NCBI GenBank assembly: GCA_964016885.1
Contig: OZ024746.1
Coordinates: 57,846,001 to 57,910,000 of the forward strand
Direction: 5' to 3'
Source: Eledone cirrhosa
Taxonomy: Eukaryota
Length of the DNA: 64,000 nt
The first letter of the stretch is position 1. Every line of letters starts with the position of its first letter. Shown in pieces: positions 15,522-29,479 of this stretch. A program made the translations under genes and the position numbers. Below the pieces are notes generated by a model that was given only the letters and a program-made list of their open reading frames with translations, made no database searches and was not told the origin of the DNA.

Positions 15522-16346
15522 TATTATATTACACTCTTTGTAGCTCTACACCTCGATACTGACGTGAACCTAAACATCGAGTGCTCACCTGGGTGAACCT
15601 ATAATGACTCCGCGTTACACTCCCTGGATATATATATATGAGTGTGTGTGTGTGTGTGTATAACCAATGGGTGTAATTTATATTTTTATTATTTATCTTT
15701 ACGTTTCAACTAAATGATGGAACATTTAGATGTATCTATTAATGGTATTTGGAAAGAGCAATGGAAACACCGTTTACTTGGTTCTATATGACAAACTATC
15801 TTTACATAACTTCATACCACACAGCAATGAGTTAATCACTCTTGGTTTTCTGACAATCCAGCGGCTTAGATTCATGGAACATTGACATGTATAATCCAAC
15901 TCAACATTGAATGCCATCAATCATGAGGAAGGACTGTTATTTCGATCTTAAAATGAGAAACAATGCAAACCATTTATAAAGATGTAAACCTCACACATGT
16001 TCCATGACATTGAAAAATGGCAAGCAATTCAGATTGACAACTTGAAGACAACAGAATTCAATAAAAGATTTTATAAATCGAAGAAAATATTAAATGTCGT
16101 ACATATTTCTGGCGTTTAATAAGTGTTGGCAATCACATTGTACAACTCTTGACAATGTAAAATCTCTTAACGCTACTAATGTGTGTATATGTTTGCTCCT
16201 TGTTTTGCAACTTTGATAATTATTTCATATACTCACAATCAGACGTTCGTGTATGCATTTGGACGTACATTCACACGCATGCAATGAATGCACATACACA
16301 CACACACACTCACACGCATACCCACACATGCACACAGACACATATG

Positions 16347-16440
<94 letters not shown>

Positions 16441-16587
16441 CATACATATGTGTGTGTGTGCATCATAATAAATATATGTCAAATATATAAGAACCCTACA
16501 GCAAATATTTATTAAAAATTAAGCAAAGTTTCAGAAGATCCCGTTAAGGGTGAAAGCAGCGAATGTGTATTTAAATTTAATCTGTTA

Positions 16588-16664
<77 letters not shown>

Positions 16665-17414
16665 GTTAATCGGCCGGGGCACCGAAAACGATAAACGGAA
16701 AAAATGAAACGAAATTTCATTTCTCACTCTGAGTACGGCTGTTACTTAAATATAAGTATGTATACGTACAAACATATATGTATACAGACGTACAGTAGTA
16801 TATATATATACATACATGCACACATATATATATGTACGTATGAATCTATATGTACATATATATATGTGTGCATGTATGTACATATATATATACTACTCTA
16901 CGTCTGTATGTACGTATACATACTTATATTTAAGTAACAGCCGTACTAAGAGTGAGAAATGAAATTTCGTTTCATATTTTCCGTTTATCGTTTTCGGTAC
17001 CCCGGCCGATTAACTCACTCGATATGCAAATTAGGCTGCTCAGCCGTTAATATGCATAACGAAAGTATATACTTTCAGACGCTCAACCATCTGGTAGGAA
17101 CGTATACGTTGCTGACTATAGATAATAAGCTTGAAACTAGTACAGCATTCCTTTGTCAGTGTTGAACAAATGAGCAACGATGGTTGCTAGACACTGTACG
17201 GCTTAATTCTGGATGTTTGTTTACAAACACACCGAGCATTATAATAAATGTTCGGTGAATCCATACGTACATATATATATGTGTGCATGTATGTATATAT
17301 ATACATACTACTGTACGTCTGGATACATATATGTACGTACGTATACATACTTATATTTAAGTAACAGCCGTACTAAGAGTGAGACATTTCATTTCATTTC
17401 ATTTTTTCCGTTTA
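16665..17414. mobile_element. HHR-bearing ~420-bp repeat family: inverted partial unit, then >1 tandem unit on +
   Basis: Homologous to 49649-50470; inversion near 16850. HHR at 17106-17148 has a core mutation (CTGACTA). Starts at (TA)n and ends ..TTTTTTCCGTTTAT. Confidence 0.9.
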
Positions 17415-18587
17415 TATTTATATCGAGAGATAAGCAGGTGGAGGTGTAGACAGGTAGTAAGAGTTTTGTCTATTGGATCGAACCAATCATTCACATATAT
17501 GTAATTGTATGTATGTGTATAAATGTGTGTGAGAATATATGAACACACGTATGTGTGCACCTGTGAGTGTGTGTATGTGTGAGTGTGTGTGTGTGTATTG
17601 TGTGAGTTTGTGTGTGTGCCTCTGCATGGGTATATGCACGTGATGTTTGTATGTGTGCTAGTGGATAGGAGAAACCGGGATACTCTGCTATGTTCGATCA
17701 TCGGTATTAGAAATCCAATCTAATTCAATAAGGAGATAAATAGAAATGCCTCTTTGCTTTCTTGCTTGTTTTTGCTGACTTTAAAGAACTTGGTTTTCCA
17801 ATTTGTTTACGGAAATGACAAGAGAATGCGCTTTCAATTATACAGAAAGAATAAATGATGGGCACTAATGTTTGCAGATAAAATATCAGGAAACCAAGCA
17901 ATATTCTCTAAATGTCAGAAATAATGTTTGAAAATATAAAACAAAATCCATCAACATACGACTACAAACCTATCAAAATAACACAATTCTCAAACATGAA
18001 AAATACTAACAACGCAATACTAAAAATATATATTAAAAAAAACAATAGAGATCCGTTAACATTTATGCATTTGCTTTATGTAAATTGTCAGCCAACGTCT
18101 GTTTTAAACATTTATCACCATGTCACCGTAAAGTTCTTTATTAGACTAATTTCGGTCGGATATGAATGGAAGATTTGTAATAGATTTCTTGGAAATTGTA
18201 CATTTAAAGAAATCTTGGCATATTGTGTCTGGTTTTGTTCTTTTGCTTTCGTTTCTGAAATATTTTAATAATTCCTCCTATGATTATTATTATTTTTTTT
18301 TTTTTTTTCAATAGATGAAAACAATTTCCACTGTTTTAAACAAATTGATATATTTTTCCTTTTTCGTTTTCTTGTCATTTTTATTTATTTGTGTAATTAT
18401 GGAATATGAAATAAATTATAGAAAATGAAGTATAGATGTTGAAATCATGACTAAATATAATGATTTATAGAAATAAAATGTGTTAGCTACAGTATTGTGA
18501 TTTATAGAGTAAGACATCCAATCATATAGAAATGTACACCGAGTATAATTTGCTGATAATAATAAAAATATATCCCAATTAGTAAAT

Positions 18588-19327
18588 ATAAGTATGTATA
18601 CGTACATACATATATGTATACAGACGTACAGTAGTATGTATATATATATATACATACATGCACACACATATATATGTACGTATGGATTTACCGAACATTT
18701 ATTATAATGCTCGGTTTGTTTGTAAACAAACATCCCGAATTAAGTCGTACAGTGTTTAGCAACGATCGTTGCCCATTTGTTCAGCACTGACGAAGTTAAG
18801 ATGTACTAGTTTCAAGCTTATTAGCTCTCGTCAGCACCGTATACCTTCTTGCCAGATGATTCAACGTCTGAAAGTATATACTTTCCTTATGCATATTAAC
18901 GGCTGAGCAGCCTAATTTGCATATCGAGTGAGTTAATCGGCCGTGCGCACCGAAAACGATAAATGGAAAAAATGAATGGGAAATTTCATTTCTCACTTTT
19001 AGCTAATAAGCTGACGATAGCTAATAAGATGACCATAGATAATAAGCTTGAAACTAGTACATCGTTCCTTTGTCTGTGTTGAACAAAAGGGCAAAGATGG
19101 TTGCTAAACACTGTACGGCTTAATTAGGGATGTTTGTTTACAAACAAACCGAGCATTATAATAAATGCTCGGTAAAGCCATACGTACATATATATATATG
19201 TGTGTCATCTATGTATATATATACATACTACTGTACGTCTGTATACATATATGTGTGTACGTATACATACTTATATTTAAGTATCAGCCGTACTAAGAGT
19301 GAGAAATGAAATTTAGTTTCATTGTTT
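18588..19327. mobile_element. Inverted dimer of the ~420-bp HHR family bounded by a 13-bp TSD
   Basis: Unit on - (18588-18998), then on + (19000-19327); CCAATTAGTAAAT at 18575-18587 and 19328-19340. Confidence 0.85.
18800..18838 (-). ncRNA. Minimal hammerhead ribozyme (intact core)
   Basis: GGUG-CUGACGA-GAGCUAAUAAGCUU-GAAA-CUAG-UA^CAUC. Stem I differs from other copies but still pairs. Confidence 0.8.
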
Positions 19328-20104
19328 CCAATTAGTAAATTATGCGTAAATAATTTATATAGATACAAGGTGGTGTCTACAGGACTGATCTACATTTTCA
19401 GAAATGTAAGCATGTAGGGACGTAGTCCGAGTACAATTGAGAAGTATAACATAATTCCTCAGTTGGGAACTTAAGCAAAAAATCGAAAGATGCAACAATA
19501 TAGTCCAAGTAAAATTTGGTCACATAAAAGTTCGCAATGTAGTCGTTGAAAGATATCCATAAAAATGTAAAATACGGTCTCATTGCTTGAACCGACTCAC
19601 GCTTTAGACATGGGCAGCGAGCGAATTTATTTCTCCAGACCTAGACCAGTAACAGTCTAAACTCCCCACCCATCTTCCTTTATCCCCCCTCCTCTACACC
19701 CCCTACAAATGCCACAAGCTCCATCTCTCCAGCACCCACTCACACACATTCACACACATTCACAGCCTAAACCTGTCACCCCCTTAACGCATCCGCTCCA
19801 TTACTCAACCCCACCACCCATTAATATACTTTCCGACCCCTAAACCTCAGCACATACACTAATAACACTACTAAACCCACTTCTACCTCAACGCAACGCA
19901 CACATGCCCAACATCACCAATAACTTACGACACTGACATCACACACACACACAAACGTAAACACTCACGTACATGGAAACATGAGAAAAAACACGCACGC
20001 ATACACACATACTTACGCGCACACACTAACTGTTTACCTGTCACACCAATATGACCTTCCATCCACCCCATCTACAACACTATCTAACACACCTAGATAG
20101 CACC

Positions 20105-20363
20105 ATAGGCACTGAGCTGGCCAGCCGTATGTGTAAGCCTCGCGAGATGGAATGGCTCTTCCAGCGTATTTTCCTTGCCATCCTCCGGGGAAACGCCTTC
20201 TCCATTCTGTCTGCCGGGGCTCTGTGGCGGCCAGCACGTGGGATCTCATTTGCTCATATTAATTAGAGATGGGCAGGGTGAGAGAGATGGAGGCGATGAC
20301 AGTGGGGATTCGGCTCTTCGATGTTCGGACACTTGGTATTCGGTTTGTTTCTGGTTGTACTAA
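20105..20363 (+). mobile_element. 3' fragment of a CRE-like non-LTR retrotransposon (restriction-like endonuclease C-terminus)
   Basis: IGTELASRMCKPREMEWLFQRIFLAILRGNAFSIL resembles the ..LFQRIS.AIQRGNA.SI. terminus of CRE-type elements; GC-rich island. Confidence 0.6.
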
Positions 20364-20429
20364 GAAACTGACCCGGCACCCATACTAATACCACAACCAT
20401 TTTCCCAGCTCACAGGCGATCATACGTCG

Positions 20430-21530
20430 CTCCCCATCAACCAAAATTTGGAAACACTCTCCACATACACATAGAAAAGAACTGGAAGCGATATCTAAAT
20501 GACTACTTTGGCACGAAAACATAGAGCAACTTAAAGAATGTCACACCCTTATAAATGGGTTCATCACGAATATTAATTTTACAATGGAATACAGTCATCA
20601 ACAACTCCACTTCCTCGACATCCTCATTAAGATTCATAACAACAAAATAGAAACAGACATATACTACAAGCCCACACACTCCAAGCAATATCTTCCTTTC
20701 AACTCTTGCCACCCTAGACACGTTAACATTAATATTCCCTACAACTTAGCCAAGAGAATCTGTACTATAGTTTCCAATACAAACACCTGTTACTTACGTC
20801 TACAAGAATTAAAGGACACACTCAGAAGCAGGGACTATCCTGTATCACTAATTGACAATTGAATCCAAAACTCAGTACCCAAGACCTTAGACACCCTAAA
20901 GTTAATCAACCGAAACTAAAAGCTATTCCATACATCTCCACACACAACCCCTCAACAATGAGGCCTTTGATACCATCCTCCAGAACATCCCTGTATTAAG
21001 AAAGGACCATAGAATGAAACAAATCCTTTGAACACAAGATATCATAAAGAGCAAAAGAAAATCTAAGTCAATGAAAAACATCCTAACACATGCCAAAGTA
21101 CTGCCAACCACAACAACGAAACCCACAGTAAAAAAATGCGATAGACCCAACTGTGGTATATGCATCAACCTAATAGAGGGTTCGGAATTCTACTTCAAAG
21201 GAGGACAACGTTTTATAGTAAAACACAATTTCACATACGCATCAGAAAACCTAATATATGTATTAACTTGCTCAGGTTGTCGAGAACAATACATAGACCA
21301 GACTAAAAACAGCCTCCGATAACGCATGACTGTCCATAGATCCCAAGTCAAAATACGGGAACACAGAAAATTAGAACTGAGTGAACACAATGATACCTGT
21401 GCCGCCCAAAATCATCCCAACTTTAGAATCTTTCCCCTCTACAAATTTAAAGATAATGCCACCCACACCCAGCGCATCAGCAAGGAATCTCACTTTCTTA
21501 ACAAATACGGACCCCCGTCTGAACATTTCT
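20430..21530 (+). pseudogene. Penelope-like element ORF (RT core to GIY-YIG with Cys knuckle, Neptune-like), disrupted
   Basis: WKRYLNDYF (decayed YLDD) at 20483-20509; LHFLDILI..TDIYYKPTHSKQYLPFNSCHPRH..IPY; KKCDRPNCGIC; NLIYVLTCSGCREQYIDQT..R*R..H; stops and frameshifts. Confidence 0.9.
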
Positions 21531-22142
21531 TCCTAAGACGAACCAACAACATACACACGTTGTCATACATACCTACATCAGCATACATTCTTCATACATT
21601 TCTATCCACATATAAACACAATGACATACGTAAACACACATGTTCTATGGTGCAACACAAATATACACAAATTCGCATACCTTTTGATGTTTATAGATAT
21701 ACACGTGCCGATATGCACACATACACATACGCACACATGTATTGTACATTGATGGGTGCATACATATTTGTACACAAGTATCCCATACGGCAGGGCCTAA
21801 TGGATTACCCTTGCAGTATGTACAATCTGGACTCACACACGCCTTGTTGTTATGACAATACTATACATAATTTCACCTTTTTTATTATTAATGTTATTGA
21901 TGGTCTTTTGAGAAAATCGTTTTTGCAAATGACTGAAAATATCGAATAATGTACGCCATTTTTACCAGTACCACAAAAATACTGGTCCATCCACTCACAC
22001 ACCCACACTATCATACAGACAGACATATATACACACACTCACACACACACATACTTCTCCTTATAAGACAAGAAGTGAAAAATGTTTCAACATGTTAAAA
22101 TAAAGCACCCACCCACACACACCACAACAATGAACCACTTTG

Positions 22143-22180
<38 letters not shown>

Positions 22181-22197
22181 TTGTCTTAATAGACACC

Positions 22198-22256
22198 TGA
22201 ACTGATGATCTCTCAACATGACTGCAACTCAATCAAGCGGAAAAGGAAACTCTTCG
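22198..22256 (+). ncRNA. Decayed HHR in the probable 3' pLTR of the 20.4-kb PLE
   Basis: TGAA-CTGATGA..GAAAC-TC^TTCG; stem I UGAA/UUCG; stem II unclear. Confidence 0.4.
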
Positions 22257-22655
22257 ACAAACCTACATTTGGCGCGAAACCAGTTCGCGCTAAAATCAAT
22301 TTAAACATTCACGTGAATTCTACCGACCAATCAAAATTGTTTTACTACAAGAATTTTTTGCAAAACGAATTGGCGCGAAATTTATAGTGCTTATTGACGT
22401 GACATTCAACAACTAACCAAATCTTAATACTTCTCCACATAAAACGGGAAGAATTTCGAAAATTGATCAGATTAGAGCAAAAATCATGGGCACTCTATCT
22501 CCAAATTATTTTTGGAAAGCATAAGAAATACGCAACCGGTAAAAACTTAACACTAACACTGAATACTAACTAATACTTATTACTAATTTATACTTATTCC
22601 TATTTAAACTATTTTTCACTGGGAAAAATTTGGCAGCATTTTATTTTCCTTTTTA

Positions 22656-22743
<88 letters not shown>

Positions 22744-22839
22744 ATATATACAAAAAGTGTTGTAAGTGTAAATGGTGTAAGTGTATTTTTGAAAATAGCA
22801 TATATTTTCATTAGCTCCGACAGTTGACAGGTGAACAGG

Positions 22840-22892
22840 GAAATGCACTGATGAAGGGTAATACTAGTCAGAAACATTAGTGTCTGCAGTTC
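22840..22892 (+). ncRNA. Hammerhead ribozyme (stem II weak)
   Basis: GAAATGCA-CTGATGA..GAAAC-ATTAGT-GTC^TGCAGTTC; stem I UGCA/UGCA plus GAA/UUC; near-palindromic stem III; GUC triplet. Confidence 0.65.
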
Positions 22893-23010
22893 TATTTACA
22901 TGCCAACTCAAGAGCAAGTATGAAGAATTGATTCTACTGACATGGCTATAAAAGTGAGGTTTATTAGCATAATTGCCAACGAATCGAATGTTATTATTAA
23001 TATTCGAAAA

Positions 23011-23197
23011 GGGTGGTGGATTGGCAGTATTGGAAGGTGGTCGGACGCCATGCTTTGACGTATAGAGTTATAGCCTTGCCATTCTGAGTTCAAATCCTGC
23101 CAAGATTAACTTTGCCTTTCATCCTTACTGGGTCGAAAAAATGAAGTACCAGTAATGCACTGGGTAATTGCTGGCCTTGTGCCTAAGGTAGAAACAA
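23011..23197 (+). mobile_element. tRNA-derived SINE with TSD
   Basis: A and B boxes; flanked by TTATTAATATTCGAAAA on both sides. Confidence 0.85.
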
Positions 23198-23380
23198 TTA
23201 TTAATATTCGAAAAACTGAGATTGCATTTATTATATCTATACAAATATATAGGAAGGGAGGGAGAGGCAAGAGCACACGAGTATTTATATGTATGTGCAT
23301 GTGCCTGTGTGTCAGCGGGTGTATTTATATAAGTATATATATGGAGGCATTCGCCTCAGATCAAATATATTTATAACATT

Positions 23381-23422
<42 letters not shown>

Positions 23423-23626
23423 GTTTCTGTGTGTGCGTTTATATATTTATATATATATACATACATACATATTAATATTTATTGATAATTCCTAAAATAC
23501 CTATTTCCTTTCAGGTAGTAAAACAAGACCGAATTTATCATGGTGGGTATATAAATAACGCCAGTATTGTTATTGCGGTCGCCAATATATTGTATTTTTA
23601 CACTCATTAAACTATACGTACAATAT

Positions 23627-23680
<54 letters not shown>

Positions 23681-23970
23681 TTATATGTATATATTACATA
23701 TATATATATGTTTGTATTACTATATTGACGAATTGAAAGCTTCATCAAAGTTGGCATCAATGCGAACATTACTGAAACGATCACGGAACGAAAATATTTT
23801 TCACCTACCCAAATTTATTACGAGGTCACGAGTTCATAGAAAAAGACCAGAATAGGTACCTCCTGGCCATAATATTAAATATAATACGACAGGAAATTAT
23901 ATATATGTGTCTATTATTATTTATATATATATATATGTAGATACATATACATGTAGGTATACATATATAT

Positions 23971-24034
<64 letters not shown>

Positions 24035-24107
24035 ATATATGTATAAATAAATATATATGTATATGTATGTAAGTATATAAATGTATATGTATGTAAGTAT
24101 ATAAATG

Positions 24108-24176
<69 letters not shown>

Positions 24177-24179
<3 letters not shown>

Positions 24180-24369
24180 AACGAGTAGGACCCCGTCGGC
24201 TGAGCTCAAGCCGTTTCGACGGCTAATTTTGGTCCAGAATTAGCCGTCGAAACGGCTTGAGCTCAGCCGTCAGGGTGCTACTCGTTCCTATTACCCACTC
24301 TACTACCCTAAGTATTGAGTACTTTGGGGCGTTATCATCCACCTGGTTCCTTACTACATTTCCTTCGTT
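24177..24369 (+). mobile_element. Hairpin-plus-tail element (~115-bp GC-rich fold-back + ~75-bp tail) inserted in (TA)n
   Basis: GGAACGAGTAGGACCCC..CGGCTAATT/AATTAGCCG..CTACTCGTTCC; copies at 33904-34095, 53760-53817, 63411-63465, 63781-63972. Confidence 0.9.
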
Positions 24370-24432
24370 ATATATATATATATATATATTTATATATGCA
24401 TTTATATATATATATATATGTATATATATATT

Positions 24433-24478
<46 letters not shown>

Positions 24479-24485
24479 CATATAA

Positions 24486-24592
<107 letters not shown>

Positions 24593-24609
24593 CATATATA
24601 TTTATATAC

Positions 24610-24737
<128 letters not shown>

Positions 24738-24884
24738 GTCTGTGGGTGTGTGTGTGTGTGCTTATATATATATATGTCTGTGTATGTATATATTTAATTT
24801 ATGAGTTAGTTATAATGGATTTGTGCGTGCGTATGTATTTATCTATGGTCGTATGCTCTATTATCATGTACATAATTCAACACA

Positions 24885-24949
<65 letters not shown>

Positions 24950-25646
24950 TGTATGCGGACGGACGTTTATGAAAATTCAATATGTCATTATATATTCAAT
25001 AGACATAACCGTATTTACCTAACAGTATCCAAGTTCAGCTTAAAGAGTTAATTTAATATGAGAAAACAGACACTGTTACCATGGTATGTAGCATGGTAGA
25101 AAAGCGTGCGATGATCAGTCCGTATATAATAGAATATCGATTTTGATGGAATGTTCCAACTTTTCACCTATGTTGATAATATAACTGGTTACATTTAATT
25201 CGCGTCTACTTTGGTAGTTAAGGCACGAATAGCTTATAAGGTTTCTTTAACGAGCTAAAATAGAATCTTCTTGAATGAATGGTCGCTAGAGGTCACTGCG
25301 TAATAACAGTTCGTATCCATTGAGCATAGATTATAAAATGGAAGCAATGACATATCGACAGACTCGCTTTTCACCTTCCCTCATATTCATCTATATACCT
25401 CCCTAACACCCTATCTATATCCCAGCCTACATATCTAACTACATACACTTCTCCCAATCTACAGACCTGTATGTATTTTTGGCTTCAATTATTCAACGAC
25501 AGTGTTCCTGATATTGGTTTTGTTTTATTACATTTAAGATACTACAATGAAACTAATATCTAAAATAAATACGAACTTTTATTTTTATCGTTTGTGTTGT
25601 ACCGTTATCTATAAATCAAATTTGATGCAACAACTATGACAATAAT

Positions 25647-26300
25647 AATTGTTTCTACTTTTGGCAAAAGACCAGCAATTGCCTAGTGTATTACTGGTAC
25701 TTTATTTTATCGACCCCGTAAGGATGAAAGACAAAGTTAACCTTGGCAGGATTTGAACTCAGAATGGCAAAGGCCGTAACTCTATGCGTCAAAGCATGGC
25801 GTCCGAGCCTCTACCAATACTGCCAATCCACCGACAAACTATGACAACAATAATGGTTTCTTATTTAAGCACAATGTCAGCAATTTTCAGGGAAGGGGAT
25901 GTCGATTATATCAATCTCAATACTTGACCACCACCTAAACTATATCGAGCGTGGAAAAATGAAAGGTAAATTTGACCTTGGTAGGATTTGAACTCAAAAC
26001 ACAAATTATAGAAATAAATGCTGGAAAGCATTCTATCCGACTTGACCAATCCACAACCTTACGATAACGAAAACTGCCACAGCCACAGCCACAACAAAAA
26101 CGCAATAAGCACAACAAAAAATAATAATAATTTCTTATTTAGGCACAAGCCAGCAATTTTTGCGGAGAGAAAATTCGATTAAATCGACTCCTGTACGTGA
26201 AAAGTACCATATGTTATCAAAGCTGTAAGGATAAAAGGCGAAGTTAACCTCGACGGGGCTGCAAAGCATGGTGTCCGACGAACTACCAACACTACCAATA
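25647..26300 (-). mobile_element. Cluster of three SINEs (25647-25833, ~25852-26050, ~26128-26300)
   Basis: The first two carry the reverse-complemented B box (GATTTGAACTC); all share the central domain. The first has TSD AACTATGACAA.AATAAT. Confidence 0.75.
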
Positions 26301-26317
26301 TACTGTCCTAATGAAAA

Positions 26318-28025
26318 ATAATAATTTATTTTTAGAGCACAAGGTCTTACATACAGGGGACAATACAGAACGATAGGGACAGTGGGTGTTTGCACTCAAA
26401 TCGAGTAAAAATATATAAACATAATAACAAGAAATAAGAAAAATACAAACAACAGAGTTCCCCCAGTAAGTGGATAGCCCCCAGGTGTAACTGAGGTACC
26501 GCACAATCCTTACCCACCCGACGCTTCTAGGTCACCTGAGAAGGGCAACCACTCACCGCCCCAAATTAGCTATCCATATGCTCATATTAGGCCCATTCAC
26601 ATGGGACATTCTCTCCACATTCACACAACTTTTAGCATATGTACTATGTAGCAGCACTTCTTATTCCACCCTCACCTTCCTTTCCAATTCTATGAGCGAT
26701 TGGCCGACGAGAAAACTGTATGTCTCCAGTCCATTCAACCTGGTCCTCCACACGACATCTTTCGCTACCTCCACCACAAAAAATAAAATTCCCTGTCTTT
26801 CCCGAGCAAAAGAAGGCGGCAAGGCGATCTTCACTATGGACTCAGGTAATAGCCGGATCCTTTCTACACGTGACAAGAGCTGTTCGACATAAATCCACAA
26901 GTTAGTAATGCACGGACACTGGATGCGTGCGTGCAGAACGATTTCGTCGCTCAGCGCGGATCGCGTGCAGATCCGTATGACAACACGTCCGTGTCTTTAG
27001 ACTTTATCTCGAACCAGCAGTGCCCCCCCCCCCCCCCCTCACCACCACCACCACCCCCACCCAGTAGGGCTGCCCGGCTCGAAGATTCCTGGAACAGACT
27101 GATAAGTTCGTCTTGGTCGACGCACAGAGTATTTCCAAGTGCGCCGTCGCATTTGCCCACCACTAATCCTCTTAGAACTCGAGACTGGAAGTTCGACTGA
27201 CCACATTGCCCGCCTGGTGGAGAGCAGTGAGCGCTTCCAATGTTCCAAATGCCAGACTCCCACGACTGCAGCTCATTCAAAGAGACGAGCTTCGGAAAGG
27301 CCTGTATCACAAACAGCAAACACACCTCTAGGCAAAAAACTGGAGATATACAGCCTCAGCGCATGTTTGCAGCCTTAGTGCATGTTTGCGCATTAGTAGC
27401 CACGGCATGTCGAGACCTCTGCGTAGAGTGCTGTCAGGAGATGGCCTGCCTCACCAATGGAAGCTGTCCACTGAGAGAGGGGATAACCTATACTATCCTT
27501 ATCTCTTGACTTAATAAATAAATCTACATAAGATCTAGAATCTAGATCAAACTATGTCTTTGGCCCAGCTCCCCAAAGACGCATTAGGGAAATCTAGTCG
27601 GTATCAGTCAGGCAGATGGAACTGGATTATCAAGTACCTGAGGCGTGTCTGCACGCCCCCTCCCGCTTCTATCAGATACTCTCACACAGTCCCAGAATAC
27701 GTCTAAAATGCTTTTCCGGTCCCCCTCTAAAAGTAAAGGGCGTGACTTTTCCAGGAAGGATTTCAGGCGCCTAAAACCCCGTCTACACGGCCACAGTCAG
27801 AGCGTAGACGGCTACCTGTCTTAAGGCATCGCATTCACTATGCTCACGTCAACGACCTCCAAATTACCATCTGAATCCAAGAAGATCAACGTTACCTAGA
27901 GATCCAGGCCTTACCTAAATAGCACTGCAACGCACCTACCATTCCCGGTCGACTAATAGATGCAAATATCTGACAGTCGTTGAAATTCGGGGCTAGTGCG
28001 TCTGTCTTGGTTTCGCTGACGAAAT
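26318..28025 (-). mobile_element. L1/Tx1-clade LINE, decayed, with a large internal deletion
   Basis: APE-like residues (VAVYA..RRLKSFLEKSRPLLLEGD..ILD; SRSYVD) at ~27500-28000 joined to RT C-terminal region (LPLVRQAI) and zinc-knuckle remnant RHG..ICTRS..DEIVLHARIQCPCITNLWIYVEQLL. 3' UTR ends AATAAA + (TTA)n. Confidence 0.75.
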
Positions 28026-28169
28026 TCATCCACACCTAGTGACCTGAGATTGTTCAACAGGTGACCCTGATTTCAGGACGACCCATGACCACGAACATTG
28101 ATTCCCAGCATGCCTATCCTGCGCTCCGTAGCCAACGCAGTGGTGGTTATTTTTCTGTCCCTGTTTCTG

Positions 28170-28510
28170 CATTAGATTATGTTTGCAGGAGAAAGGGGAT
28201 TTAGATTTGATGTGCTCTTTAATTCGGCGGTGGAAAGTTGATATAGTGCTGCTAATATAGACGTTGCTGCACTTGTCACATTCCGAAATGTACACCACGT
28301 AGGGACGCAAGAAAAACTCATTGTTGTGAGGAGGAGAATTGACTAGGGTACATCTGTTCATTTCACTGAGGGTTTGTCTACGAAACTTCACAGGTTTCCG
28401 TCTGTGGTCCCCAAGCGGACGCTCCTTTATAATGGATGGTAAATCCTGTAAAAATTTGCGATTATCAAACATTTCTAAGGTAAAAACCTCTTTTCCTCGC
28501 TCTTATACTT
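28170..28510 (-). pseudogene. PLE GIY-YIG fragment
   Basis: PYVVYISECDKCSNVYISSTISTFHRRIKEH = VVY..C..C..YIG.T...R..EH signature. Confidence 0.7.
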
Positions 28511-28619
28511 TAATTCACTGTGTTCTTATTCTACTTTCTTATTACCTCAGCATTTTTTACTAAACATGCATTGTCGGGCTTCCAAAAAATCAAACGTATT
28601 TTGCATTTGTATATGTATC

Positions 28620-28680
<61 letters not shown>

Positions 28681-28756
28681 CGTGTGCGTGTGTGTTTGTG
28701 TGTATGGATGTGTATGTGTGTGCGTGCGTGTGAGTCTGTGTTTGTGCCTGTGCATA

Positions 28757-28796
<40 letters not shown>

Positions 28797-29156
28797 ACAA
28801 AGAGAGGGGGAGAGAGAGAGAGAGTGTGTGCGTAAGAGAAAGAAAGAGAAGAGAGAAGAGAGAAATATAGATATACATACATATAGAAAAATATATATTT
28901 ATATAAGGACATTCATATAAAGGGATGATTACACGCATTCGCCTCATGAGCGTGTAAGGAAATGAAGTAGAAATACAGATAAATCAATATCGATATACTC
29001 GATATACTGACACAATGTACACTTAAGACGTATAGGAATATTCCATTTCTTTTCTCCAGATATTAATTACTTAAAAAACATTAACATTTCTTACGATTCA
29101 CAACCTTTGAAGTCAACTTGTATCGTTGTAAAATTATCGTCACTTATGTATACATT

Positions 29157-29225
<69 letters not shown>

Positions 29226-29479
29226 ACATATATATATACATATATATATATAAATGTATATCTATATATATATATCTAAATATATATATATATATGTATA
29301 TACATATATAAACACTCATATATATATAAATACTTACACACACAAATATATATATATTTTCCTTTTTCTTTTCTATTCGTACTTCACATGTCTTTGTTGT
29401 TGTGTGAGAACAAATCGACAGTATTTATCGATTAGAGCGCGTTGGTAAATACATTTCCCGGTACAAATTAAATATATCA

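Noticed and set aside
24177-24295. GC-rich palindromic repeats as CRISPR/REP-like, or as an HHR (CTGAATT..GAAAC in sister copies)
   Set aside because: Dispersed with no spacers, in a eukaryotic context, and the sequence does not fit CUGANGA.
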